In this document: in pieces, positions 49,344 through 57,914 of the stretch | How positions within the stretch are numbered: the stretch's first letter is position 1 | How the letters are laid out: the number at the start of each line of letters is the position of its first letter | Assembly: GCA_041492755.1 (NCBI GenBank) | Contig: JBGPXN010000005.1 | Location: 1-63,876 of the forward strand | Origin: Candidatus Methylomirabilia bacterium | GTDB lineage: Bacteria; Methylomirabilota; Methylomirabilia; Rokubacteriales; CSP1-6 | Direction of reading: 5' to 3' | Length of the DNA stretch: 63,876 nt | Translations under genes and position numbers: made by a program | Notes under the pieces: generated by a model | What the model was told of the DNA's origin: nothing | Databases searched by the model: none | The model's input: the letters and a program-made list of their open reading frames with translations, nothing else

Positions 49344-50034
49344 AGCTCTACAAGGCCATCCAGGCGACCAAGATCATGGCGCCGCCGACCAACTGCCTCT
49401 CGCCCATCGGCGAGCGGGCGCTCCTCGCCGGGCTGTATCGGCAGATCAAGGGCGAGTTCTACACGGCGGTGACCCGGCCGCCGGCCGTGTACCGCGGCAA
49501 CCCGTTCGTGATCGAGGCGGGGCTGGCCTTCGGGCGGGGGCCGGAGCAGGTCGCGCAGGCTCAGGCGAAGAAGGCGGTTCCGCTGGCCGAAGGCGAGGGC
49601 GAGAAGGACGATCACGAGCTTGCGCGGGTCATCCGGTACGCGAACCGCGTGCCCCTCCTGTATCAGCCGTCCGCGTGCGCGATCACCAGGGCCGTGCTCG
49701 ACACCACGTGGCGCAACTACGGCGTGGCGCAGTCCCGCGGGTCGCTCCCGGCCGGGCCGATGGTGATCTTCGTGCACATGGCCTCGGTGTGGGTGCCGTT
49801 CACCAGCGAATCGAAGGAAGCCATCGCCGAGTACGACGAGATCCACAAGGAGATCGCCCTGGCGCTGCGCGAGTGCGGCCGCCGGCTCGGCGCGTTCCTC
49901 CGACGACGCGAGCGGGCGCACAGCGAGTTCCGCCGGCGCAACATCTTCGAGCTCTACATCGACGAGATCGTCGAGTCGTGTAACCGGCTCAAGGGCGGGC
50001 GACTGGCCACCGCCAAGCTGAAGGACCAGCTCCG
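49337..50034 (+). pseudogene. top6B: DNA topoisomerase VI subunit B, internal/C-terminal fragment (transducer domain)
   Basis: MAPPTNCLSPIGE, RPPAVYRGNPFVIEAGLAFG, RYANRVPLLYQ, FVHMASVWVPFTSESKEAIA. The GHKL ATPase N-terminus is absent and the 3' end is cut. Confidence 0.92.
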
Positions 50035-50141
50035 CGAGCGGGCTCAAGTACGAGCTGGACGCCCTCGCGAACAAGGACTTCCAGTACCTCACCAAGCGCT
50101 ATCTGCCCCGCAAGCTCAAGGAGAAGGACGGGCTGGACTAG
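50035..50141 (+). repeat. top6A: 3' end of topoisomerase VI subunit A, copy 1 (att-like direct repeat)
   Basis: Encodes SGLKYELDALANKDFQYLTKRYLPRKLKEKDGLD*, which resembles the C-terminus of bacterial Top6A; fused directly to the top6B fragment. Confidence 0.8.
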
Positions 50142-50177
50142 CGCGACAGTCTGACGCTCTATAATCGTCCGGCAGCC

Positions 50178-51227
50178 ATGGCGAAGATCGAACTCCTCGA
50201 CGTCTGCAAGTCGCTCGACGCCTTCCACATCCGCGATCTGAATCTGACGATTCCCGACGGCCGCACTCTGGTGATCCTGGGGCCGAGCGGCTGCGGCAAG
50301 ACGACGCTCCTGAGGATCATCGCGGGGCTGATCGACCCGGACTCGGGTCGCATCCGCTACGACGGCGTGGACGTCAAGGACACCGCGCCGGGTGCGCGGA
50401 GGATCGGCATGGTCTTCCAGAACTATGCGCTGTATCCCCACATGGATGCGCGCACCAACGTCCTCTCCTACTTCCTCTTCAGGAAGAAGACCCCGGAGCT
50501 GGACGCGCTCAAGGCGGCGAAGTACCGGCGGACCAGCGAGCTCATGGGCGTCGAGCTCGAGCATCTGCTGGACCGAAAGCCACCCACGCTGTCGGGCGGA
50601 GAGAAACAACGCGTGGCCGTCGCGCGCTGCATCACCAGGGACCCGGCGCTTTTTCTGCTGGATGAGCCGTTCTCGAACCTGGATCAGGCGCTGCGAGAAA
50701 AATATCGGGTCAGCCTGAAGATCCTCCTGAAGCAGTTCGACATCACGACCGTGTACGTCACGCACGACCACTACGAGGCCATGATCCTGGCCGATCTGCT
50801 CGCCATCATGGATCGCGGCCGGATCGAGCAGGTCGGCACCTACGAGGAGATCTACGACCGCCCCCGGAATGCGTTCGTCGCGGGCTTCCTCAACCGCCAC
50901 GTCGGGATGCCGCCGATCAGCTTCATCGCCGCCAAGGACACCGCGCAGTCACGCGTGCTCGGCGACGTGCTGGTGGGCGCGCGGCCCGAAGACGTCGAGG
51001 TGTCTCGAGAGGAACGCCCGGGCGCGACCCGAGGCGTCATCGACGCCAGCGTTGACCTGCCGTTCGTCAACGCCACGATGCTCAGCATCCGCATAGGCAC
51101 GCACGAGCTCCACGCGCAAGCCGGCGGCAGCGAGCGTTTTCGCCCCGGCGACGCGGTGTGGGTGACTTTCGCGCGCTTTCACATGTTCGACGAGTCGGGC
51201 ACGAGGCTGGGCACTCGCCCGAAATGA
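50178..51227 (+). CDS. MalK-like ABC transporter ATPase
   Basis: GPSGCGKTT, LSGGEKQR, DEPFSNLD; TATAAT upstream. Confidence 0.92.
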   Translation: MAKIELLDVCKSLDAFHIRDLNLTIPDGRTLVILGPSGCGKTTLLRIIAGLIDPDSGRIRYDGVDVKDTAPGARRIGMVFQNYALYPHMDARTNVLSYFLFRKKTPELDALKAAKYRRTSELMGVELEHLLDRKPPTLSGGEKQRVAVARCITRDPALFLLDEPFSNLDQALREKYRVSLKILLKQFDITTVYVTHDHYEAMILADLLAIMDRGRIEQVGTYEEIYDRPRNAFVAGFLNRHVGMPPISFIAAKDTAQSRVLGDVLVGARPEDVEVSREERPGATRGVIDASVDLPFVNATMLSIRIGTHELHAQAGGSERFRPGDAVWVTFARFHMFDESGTRLGTRPK

Positions 51228-51287
51228 TCCGTTCCTGCGCGGAGTACCCTCCCGCTTACAGTAGGAGGCACGAGGTCATCGGGCTCT

Positions 51288-51394
51288 CGAGCGGGCTCAA
51301 GTACGAGCTGGACGCCCTCGCGAACAAGGACTTCCAGTACCTCACCAAGCGGTATCTGCCCCGGAAGCTCAAGGAGAAAGACTGGCTGGACTAG
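51288..51394 (+). repeat. top6A: 3' end of top6A, copy 2
   Basis: 107 bp with 4 mismatches to copy 1 (3 synonymous; W instead of G), ending ...KEKDWLD*. Confidence 0.85.
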
Positions 51395-51436
51395 CCCAAC
51401 TTCCACGCGCGCCGAGTGGGAGAGCCCACGCGGCGA

Positions 51437-52099
51437 TTACTCCACGAGCAGGAGGCGCTCACCGAGCGCGTTCAGGTCGGCGATGAAGCGGTTGCAATCG
51501 GGAGGGTCGCTCCACCGGACCAGCCGCCAGTCGTCGTTCGTGACCGTCAGCAACACGCGCGCGATGTCTGCCGGGAAGAGTCCCTCGGCCTTGCTGTGAG
51601 CAGCTTCGAGCGCCGCCTCGCACGAAAGATTCATGCGGCAGCAGAATCCCCAGACGTCGGCAAGATCCTTGGGCTCGCGCCGATCCACGACGGCCGTCAG
51701 CTTGTTCGCGAGGATGTTCTCGGGGCTGTCGAGCCGCCCGAGAACGGGATGAATGTGGATTGCGCCGACATGCGCGGGGACGTCGTCGATCATGTCGAGC
51801 TTCAGGATGACGTCGGCGGCCGTCACGTTGACGCGAACGAGCCGATCGTCACGCTGCAGCACGTCCACCTGCCAATCGGCGCGCTCGGCGATCGCATGGA
51901 TGACACGCTGCGACCACAGACCGAAGCGCGCATCGTCGTTCACGAAGAGGTCGAGATCGTCCGAGAACCGATGGTGGAGATATCCGCGAGAGGCCGCCGT
52001 CCCACCCGTCAAGTAGAAGTCCGTTTCGACCGACGCCACTCGAGCGAGGACCGCGTCCTGCAGGGGATACATGCGGTCGAAGAAGAAGGTACGGTCCAT
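51437..52099 (-). CDS. AbiEii-family nucleotidyltransferase (type IV TA toxin)
   Basis: FYLTGGTAASRGYLHHRFSDDLDLF, ILANKLTA..DRREPKDLADVW. Confidence 0.9.
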   Translation of the reverse strand: MDRTFFFDRMYPLQDAVLARVASVETDFYLTGGTAASRGYLHHRFSDDLDLFVNDDARFGLWSQRVIHAIAERADWQVDVLQRDDRLVRVNVTAADVILKLDMIDDVPAHVGAIHIHPVLGRLDSPENILANKLTAVVDRREPKDLADVWGFCCRMNLSCEAALEAAHSKAEGLFPADIARVLLTVTNDDWRLVRWSDPPDCNRFIADLNALGERLLLVE

Positions 52100-52116
52100 C
52101 CCGTGGGCAGCGGGCA

Positions 52117-52401
52117 CTACACGAGGTGTGGGCGATGTTCGGGCAGCCAGGCGACGAGGAAGTCGAGCCCGCGGCGGCGGGTCTCGGATCGTACCCGTGC
52201 TCGCCACTCAGGCCAACCTCTCACGAGATCACGGAAGCCGAGCCAGCGCACGATTTCCCGGTAGGGCGCGTACTCCAGTACGCGAACGGCCGCCCACGTC
52301 CGATCAAGACGGCCGAGGGTGATCTCTCCGGCAAGCAGGCGTCGAAAGGTCGCCTCGTCGATGTCGTAGTCCCACACGAATGGAAGTCGATCCGCACCCA
52401 T
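52117..52401 (-). CDS. Small putative antitoxin upstream of AbiEii
   Basis: 94 aa, FVWDYD..WAAVRVLEYAP; co-oriented just upstream of the toxin. Confidence 0.75.
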   Translation of the reverse strand: MGADRLPFVWDYDIDEATFRRLLAGEITLGRLDRTWAAVRVLEYAPYREIVRWLGFRDLVRGWPEWRARVRSETRRRGLDFLVAWLPEHRPHLV

Positions 52402-52477
52402 GGGATCGATCGTATACGATCCTGGCCGAGGTCGTCCCTCTCTTGGCTTGCGAGAGGGGTGCCTCTTGAGCTCGGGG

Positions 52478-55400
52478 TCAGCGGATCGACCGGAGCTGCC
52501 CCGATCCCGCTGCCCGGCCGGTCACGTCGCCGACGAAGGTCTCCTCCAGGGGCTGGCCACGGTTGCCGAAGCCGGTTGCCCACAGCTCGATCTGGAAGGC
52601 CGAGCCGGTCGAACGTCCGACGTACCAGTTGCCCGTCAGGCGATCGTGGACGATCGCGTCCGCCTTGCCATCCCCCGTCAGGTCGGCGACGAAGACTTCC
52701 TCGACGGTCGGGCCGCGGTTGCCGAAGCGGGAGACCCAGGGCTCGATGGTGAAGCTGGCGCCGGTGGAGCGGCCGACGTACCAGTCCCCGGTCTGGATGT
52801 CGTGGATGACGGCGTCGGCGGAGCCATCACCGGTCACGTCCGCGACGAAGACTTCCTCCACGGCCGGGCCACGGTTGCCGAAGCGCGTGATCCACTGCTC
52901 GATGGTGAAGCTGGCGCCCGTGGAGCGGCCGACGTACCAGTCGCCGGTCTGGACATCGTGGATGACGGCGTCGGCGCGGCCGTCGCCGGTCACGTCGGCG
53001 ACGAAGACTTCCTCGATAGTGGGACCACGGTTGCCGAAGCGGGCGACCCAGTGCTCGATTTCGAAGCGCGTGCCGGTGGAGCGGCCGACGTACCAGTCGC
53101 CGGTCTGGACGTCGTGGATGACGGCGTCGGCGCGGCCGTCGCCGGTGACGTCGGCGACGAAGACTTCCTCGAGGGCGGGACCACGGTTGCCGAAGCGCGC
53201 GACCCAGTGCTCGATGGCGAAGCTGGCGCCGGTGGAGCGGCCGACGTACCAGTCGCCGGTCTGGACGTCGTGGATGATGACGTCGGCCCGACCGTCGCCG
53301 GTGACGTCGGCGACGAAGACTTCCTCGAAGTCGGGTCCACGATTGCCGAAGTTCGAGACCCAGTGCTCGATCTCGAAACTGGTGCCGGTGGAACGGCCGA
53401 CGTACCAGTCGCCGGTCTGGACGTCGTGGATGACCGCGTCGACCTTGCCGTCGCCGGTGACGTCGGCGAGGAAGACCTGCTCGGTGGCGGGCCCACGATT
53501 GCCGAAACGGGAGACCCAGCGCCCGATGTCGAGGCTGGAGCCGGTGGAGCGCCCGACGAACCAGTCGCCGGTCTGGGCGTCGTGGATGATGGCGTCCGCC
53601 CCGGGGTCGATGGCGAAGCTCGCGCTGACGGCAACTGCCGCCGTCACCGTGACCGTACACGACCCGGTGCCGCTGCAACCGCCTCCAGTCCAGCCGGCGA
53701 AGCTCGAGCCCGCGGTCGCGGTGGCGGTCAGCGTCACCGAGGTGCCGCTGGTGAAGGAGTCGGAGCACGCGGGAGGGCACGCGATACCTGACGGTGACGA
53801 CGCCACCGTCCCGCTGCCGGAACCCGGCGTGCTCACCGAGAGCGCGAACGATGACACCGGGGTGACGGGGGCGAACGACGCGAACACCGAGGTGGCCGCG
53901 CCGACGGTGACGCTGCACGAGCCCGTGCCGCTGCAGCCGCCGCCCGTCCAGCCGGTGAAGCTCGAGCCCGCGGCCGCGGTGGCGGTCAAGGTGACCGACG
54001 TGGCATTGCCGTACGTCTGGGCGCAGTCCGCGCCGCAGTTGATTCCCGGGGCCGACGACGCGACTGTCCCGGCGCCGGCGCCCGCTCTGATCACCGTGAG
54101 CGTCGCCGCCGGAGGCGGAGTGTTCTCCGTCCCGTAGATGCGGAGCGACCAGCTGTCCCAGGTGCCGACGTCCACGGCCGCCCGGTCGGCGACACGCAGC
54201 GTCCAGTTGCCATCGGCCGGCTCGCCCCAGTGGCGCACCGACGTGAAGACCCAGGCCGAGAAGTTGTCGCCGCTATCGGCCGATCGGACGGTCGCCAGAC
54301 GACTCATCGTGCCCGAGGGCGACGTCAGCGTGACCTCGAGGTCGCCCCGATACGGATGCGTCGCGCTGAACACCACCTCCACGTGCTCGACCTGAAAGCC
54401 GGCATGTCCCGCGATGGTGATCGTATCGGTGCGTCCGCTGGCGTCGTTGTCCGGGATGCCGAGGTTGACGTTGTGAGTCACCGCGGGGATCGCCACCTCG
54501 GGACCGACGCCGGGCCACTGGCCGGCGAGATTGACGGCAGCGGCCGCGTCGATGAGGCCGAAGCCGAAGCGCTCGTTGTGCGGGAAGGCCCCGGTCGTCC
54601 AGCCGGCATCCGCCGGCTGGACCTTCACGGCGGTCCGGACCAGAACGTGCTTGACGTCCCGCCAGGTGAGGTTGGGATTCTGGGCCAGCATCAGCGCGAT
54701 CGTCCCGGACACCAGGGGCGTGGCGGAGGAGGTTCCGCCGAACGTGCTCGTGTAGTCGGACGCGCTGTAGCCGTTGCCGCCGACGAGATCGGTCGTGGTG
54801 ATGCCGCGGCTGCCGCCGCTCGACCCGGCGGTCACGAACATCGCCGAGCAGGCCTCGCTGTACGAGGCCGCCTGTCCGGTGTCGGCCAGCGCGCCGACGG
54901 CGATCACGTAGCGGTTGTTCGCGTACCCGTCGAAGTTGCAGTTGTCGCCGGATCCACCGTTGCCGGCGGCCCACGTGAAGATCCGGCCCCGACCGTTGCG
55001 CCCGGTCGTGATCGCGTTCGCGATGGAGGCCAGCGTGAGCGGACCCGGTCCCTCCAGCGTGCGTCCGTCGTCCGACGGTCCCCAGGAGTTGCTCGCGATG
55101 TGGATCGCGTCGGCCATGTAGCCGAGGGCATCGGCCTCCTGCTGGTCGGACGTCGGCGCCGCGATGAGACGCAGCCCGGCCAGTGTGGCCAGGGGCGCGG
55201 CGCCGCTCACGCCGAGGCCGTTGTCGCCGCGGGCGGCCGCGATGCCCGCCACCGCGGTGCCGTGAAAGTCGACGGACAGGGTCGGACTGGGATCGGCGTC
55301 GTTGAAGTTGAAATCGAACGACAGCGCGCTCGAGTAGTTCGAGACCAGGTCCGGGTGAGTGTGCTGCAGGCCGTCGTCGACGATGCCGATCACGATGCCG

Positions 55401-55618
55401 GCGCCCAGTGTCGTGGTCCACGCCGCCCGGGCGTCGGCGCCGGCCGTCTCCTCGGCGCGCGATTTCAGATGCCACTGGTTTTCCAGCAGCGTATCGGGGG
55501 CGGCGAACGCAGGGAGCACCCACAGCACGAGCGCGAGGCCGACGAGCAAACGTGTCGGCAAGCGGCCGGCCGCGAAGAGTCCGTCCCCGCGGCGAGCGCG
55601 TGGCCGGGCGAGCTTCAC
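52478..55618 (-). CDS. Secreted kexin/furin-like S8 serine protease + P-domain + two bacterial repeat (InlB-B/Flg_new-like) domains + 7 x 52-aa C-terminal repeats
   Basis: Catalytic D (IVDDG), H (HGTAVAG), oxyanion N (AAGNG), S (GTSSATP); P-domain HPYRGDL...GNWTLRVAD; repeats VTLTATAAAGSSFTGWTGGGCSGTGSC. Confidence 0.93.
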   Translation of the reverse strand: MKLARPRARRGDGLFAAGRLPTRLLVGLALVLWVLPAFAAPDTLLENQWHLKSRAEETAGADARAAWTTTLGAGIVIGIVDDGLQHTHPDLVSNYSSALSFDFNFNDADPSPTLSVDFHGTAVAGIAAARGDNGLGVSGAAPLATLAGLRLIAAPTSDQQEADALGYMADAIHIASNSWGPSDDGRTLEGPGPLTLASIANAITTGRNGRGRIFTWAAGNGGSGDNCNFDGYANNRYVIAVGALADTGQAASYSEACSAMFVTAGSSGGSRGITTTDLVGGNGYSASDYTSTFGGTSSATPLVSGTIALMLAQNPNLTWRDVKHVLVRTAVKVQPADAGWTTGAFPHNERFGFGLIDAAAAVNLAGQWPGVGPEVAIPAVTHNVNLGIPDNDASGRTDTITIAGHAGFQVEHVEVVFSATHPYRGDLEVTLTSPSGTMSRLATVRSADSGDNFSAWVFTSVRHWGEPADGNWTLRVADRAAVDVGTWDSWSLRIYGTENTPPPAATLTVIRAGAGAGTVASSAPGINCGADCAQTYGNATSVTLTATAAAGSSFTGWTGGGCSGTGSCSVTVGAATSVFASFAPVTPVSSFALSVSTPGSGSGTVASSPSGIACPPACSDSFTSGTSVTLTATATAGSSFAGWTGGGCSGTGSCTVTVTAAVAVSASFAIDPGADAIIHDAQTGDWFVGRSTGSSLDIGRWVSRFGNRGPATEQVFLADVTGDGKVDAVIHDVQTGDWYVGRSTGTSFEIEHWVSNFGNRGPDFEEVFVADVTGDGRADVIIHDVQTGDWYVGRSTGASFAIEHWVARFGNRGPALEEVFVADVTGDGRADAVIHDVQTGDWYVGRSTGTRFEIEHWVARFGNRGPTIEEVFVADVTGDGRADAVIHDVQTGDWYVGRSTGASFTIEQWITRFGNRGPAVEEVFVADVTGDGSADAVIHDIQTGDWYVGRSTGASFTIEPWVSRFGNRGPTVEEVFVADLTGDGKADAIVHDRLTGNWYVGRSTGSAFQIELWATGFGNRGQPLEETFVGDVTGRAAGSGQLRSIR
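52520..53607 (-). repeat. Intragenic tandem repeat, about 7 units of 156 bp
   Basis: Units DVTGDG.ADA.IHDVQTGDWYVGRSTG.SF.IE.W..RFGNRGP..EEVFVA. Confidence 0.92.
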
Positions 55619-56325
55619 CGCGGCAGGCGGAGACGCTTCAGCAATGGATAGGCGGTCCGCACGCCGGGCTGTCCGCGAAGCGCGTCGGCGAGGGCGACGG
55701 CAGCGAGGGGATCATCGCCCTCGACCACGAAGGCGTCAGGCACGCTGCCGACGGGCCTGAGGGCCTTTCCGCCAAGACCCGACGTCACCGGTGTGGGATC
55801 GCGGCCCGGCTTCATGACCACGGCAACCTCGGTGGTCAGCAGGCGGCGCGTGGCCTCTGTCCGGGGTGCCCGCGCCTCGTACAGGACCAGGTGCACGGCG
55901 GCGCCCGGATTGAGTGCGCGCAGGGCAGCGGCTTCAGCGGTCAGGGCCGCGGAGTCCGGCACGCCTGCCAGGGCGACCCGGGTCCGGGCGGGATCCTGGC
56001 CCATGACGGTCGCCCGCGGGGTCATGGCCGCGGCCAGGCCGGGGCCGCGGGACTTGGCCTGGGGATCGCCAGACCAGTCGATTTCGACCTCGTCGAGGGC
56101 CAGCTCGAACGTCCGACGGTCCGGCACGTGGAGGTCGAGAAGGGCGCCGGGCTGTGCTGCGGCCCCGAGGACCTGCGTCAGCAGCAGCACGGGCAAGGCC
56201 AGCGCGAGAACCCTCGGCGGCCTGCGCGGGGATGACCGCCCAGAACGGCCGGCGGCGCATGTCAGGGAATCCAGGCGAGAGCTGCCGCCCGGGCTCATAT
56301 GAACCGTGAGGATACCTCCCGTCAT
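55615..56325 (-). CDS. Secreted protein resembling a stand-alone S8 pro-domain (start uncertain)
   Basis: Own hydrophobic signal (VLALALPVLLLTQVLGAAA); ends ALADALRGQPGVRTAYPLLKRLRLPR; stop codon overlaps the S8 GTG start. Confidence 0.65.
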   Translation of the reverse strand: MTGGILTVHMSPGGSSRLDSLTCAAGRSGRSSPRRPPRVLALALPVLLLTQVLGAAAQPGALLDLHVPDRRTFELALDEVEIDWSGDPQAKSRGPGLAAAMTPRATVMGQDPARTRVALAGVPDSAALTAEAAALRALNPGAAVHLVLYEARAPRTEATRRLLTTEVAVVMKPGRDPTPVTSGLGGKALRPVGSVPDAFVVEGDDPLAAVALADALRGQPGVRTAYPLLKRLRLPR

Positions 56326-56401
56326 CGACGCGTCATCTGTTATTCGTGCCAGGCGCCTCCCCGGATCTCGGTTGACGGTCAGGCACGCCCGGCGGTGTGA
56401 T

Positions 56402-56433
56402 CCGCAAGCTCAAAGAGAAAGACTGGCTGGACT
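56402..56433 (+). repeat. top6A: 3' end of top6A, copy 3 (32-bp core)
   Basis: CCGCAAGCTCAAAGAGAAAGACTGGCTGGACT; 2 synonymous mismatches to copy 2; the stop TAG is replaced by TGG. Confidence 0.8.
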
Positions 56434-56446
56434 GGAACCGGGCGGA

Positions 56447-57022
56447 TCAGGGGAGAAGATCGGCGACGCTGATCCGGGCGTGGGGCGCGGCCAGCGGACT
56501 CACGCTGTCGCGCGGGCCGAACACCGCCACCTCGCCGTAGTCCCACCCGTACGGCGCCGGCGGCGAGGGCGTCGGCGCCCGGCGAACCTCGAGCACGCTG
56601 TCGACCAGGTTGACGATCCAGTACTCCGGGCGGCCCGCGCGGGCGTAGAGGCTCGACTTGTACCGGCGGTCCAAGGTGAAGCTCGAGAGCGTGACCTCCA
56701 CCACGAGCACCGGAGCGGCCGGATGCGCCCGAGCATAGTCACGGAGATCGCCCCGCACGACCGCCACGTCCGGCTCGGGCACTGATGCCTCGTCGAGCGC
56801 GATCGGCCCCTGGGTACGAACGGTCCAGCCGTCCCCGAAGGCGCGTTGCAACGCCCGCTCGACGAGCTTGATGGCGGTGTAGTGCCGTGAGCTCTGCGGC
56901 TCGGCGACGACGAGCAGGCCGTCGATCAGCTCGATCCGGTCCTCCGTCGTGAAGACGCCCTGCTCGACGAGCGCCTCGTACTCGACGCGCTTCCACCGCT
57001 TGAGCTCGAGCTCGGTTTCCAT
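56447..57022 (-). CDS. Uma2-family (DUF820) putative restriction endonuclease
   Basis: IELIDG, PEPDVAVV, LVVEV..SS..LDR, YWIVNL; paralogue of 7555-8130. Confidence 0.9.
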   Translation of the reverse strand: METELELKRWKRVEYEALVEQGVFTTEDRIELIDGLLVVAEPQSSRHYTAIKLVERALQRAFGDGWTVRTQGPIALDEASVPEPDVAVVRGDLRDYARAHPAAPVLVVEVTLSSFTLDRRYKSSLYARAGRPEYWIVNLVDSVLEVRRAPTPSPPAPYGWDYGEVAVFGPRDSVSPLAAPHARISVADLLP

Positions 57023-57159
57023 GGCTGTTCCTTCACCCCGAACTGTAGTCACTGACGGATGAGCCGTCAATGTCGCGAAAGCGTGACTGTGGCCGGACGG
57101 TGACACTCGCGGAACAGTGACGGCTGCCCGCTCGGAGACGAGGATGCTCGAAGACGAGG

Positions 57160-57501
57160 TATCTGCGCGCGCTGCTGTCGATCGACCCGGGAGACGCCGA
57201 CGTGCGTGCGATGAGCCCGGCGCAGCGGCGCGGTGAGACCTTCGAGGCGCTCCGGCGCCTGCTCGTTCACGCGGGCCAGCAGCGGCCGCGAGTGCTGGTG
57301 ATCGAGGACCTGCACTGGATCGTGGGCCTCGGCCATCTCGACGCGGCGCGGGGCCGGCGTGAAGAGGCGCGCGAGCACTATCGGGCGGCGTGGGCGATCA
57401 TCTCGGGGCTGCGCGCACGCACTCAGGATCCCGAGCTTCGTGCCGGGCTTCTGTCTTCACCCTTGATCCTCGAAGTCGAGGACCTGGCGCGGCGGGGATA
57501 G
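57160..57501 (+). pseudogene. Internally deleted remnant of an AAA-ATPase/TPR (cyclase-STAND-like) gene
   Basis: TFEALRRLL...RPRVLVIEDLHWI is fused in frame to a C-terminal TPR end (GLGHL..ARGRREEAREHY...); no start or Walker A. Confidence 0.75.
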
Positions 57502-57509
57502 CGCATGAC

Positions 57510-57914
57510 TCACGCCGGCTCGGCGGCGCTGAAGACGTGGGAGGCGTGGTGGTGGACCATGCGCCAGCCGTCGGCCGACCGCTCGAACAGATTCGTCGCC
57601 AGCACCGACGTGACCGAGACTCGATCGGCCACCTGGCCCAGGATGTTCTCGGTGCACGTCACCCAGCCCAGATCCCCGCGCACGGCGACGACGAGGTCCG
57701 AGATGGTGAACCGCATCTCGGCGGTGTTGGCGAAGATGGTCTCCCACGAGTCGCGGACCGCCTCCCATCCGCTCAGCAGCGGCCAGCCCGGGTGCACGCA
57801 CCGCGCATGCTCGGCGTGCAGCCACACCGCGGCCATCTCGGCGAGATCGAGGGTCTCGAACGCGCGATAGAACCGCGCGTTCGCCTCCGCGACCTCCTGC
57901 TCGTCGCTAATCAC
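57510..57914 (-). CDS. SnoaL/NTF2-like protein
   Basis: ANARFYRAFETLDL..MAAVW, CVHPGW..L.G, ATNLFER....WRMVHHHAS. Confidence 0.88.
   Translation of the reverse strand: MISDEQEVAEANARFYRAFETLDLAEMAAVWLHAEHARCVHPGWPLLSGWEAVRDSWETIFANTAEMRFTISDLVVAVRGDLGWVTCTENILGQVADRVSVTSVLATNLFERSADGWRMVHHHASHVFSAAEPA

Noticed and set aside
44521-49705. top6B duplicate as a DGR template/variable repeat pair
   Set aside because: There is no reverse transcriptase or Avd in the window and the mismatches are not adenine-specific.
49376-50164. 262-aa ORF as an intact Top6B or a novel mini-topoisomerase
   Set aside because: It lacks the GHKL ATPase domain, and after ~50034 it reads out of frame through the top6A fragment; treated as a pseudogene.
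41162-57501. Prophage or IS element explaining the accessory region
   Set aside because: No integrase, transposase, terminase or structural phage gene, and no terminal inverted repeats with target-site duplications, were seen.
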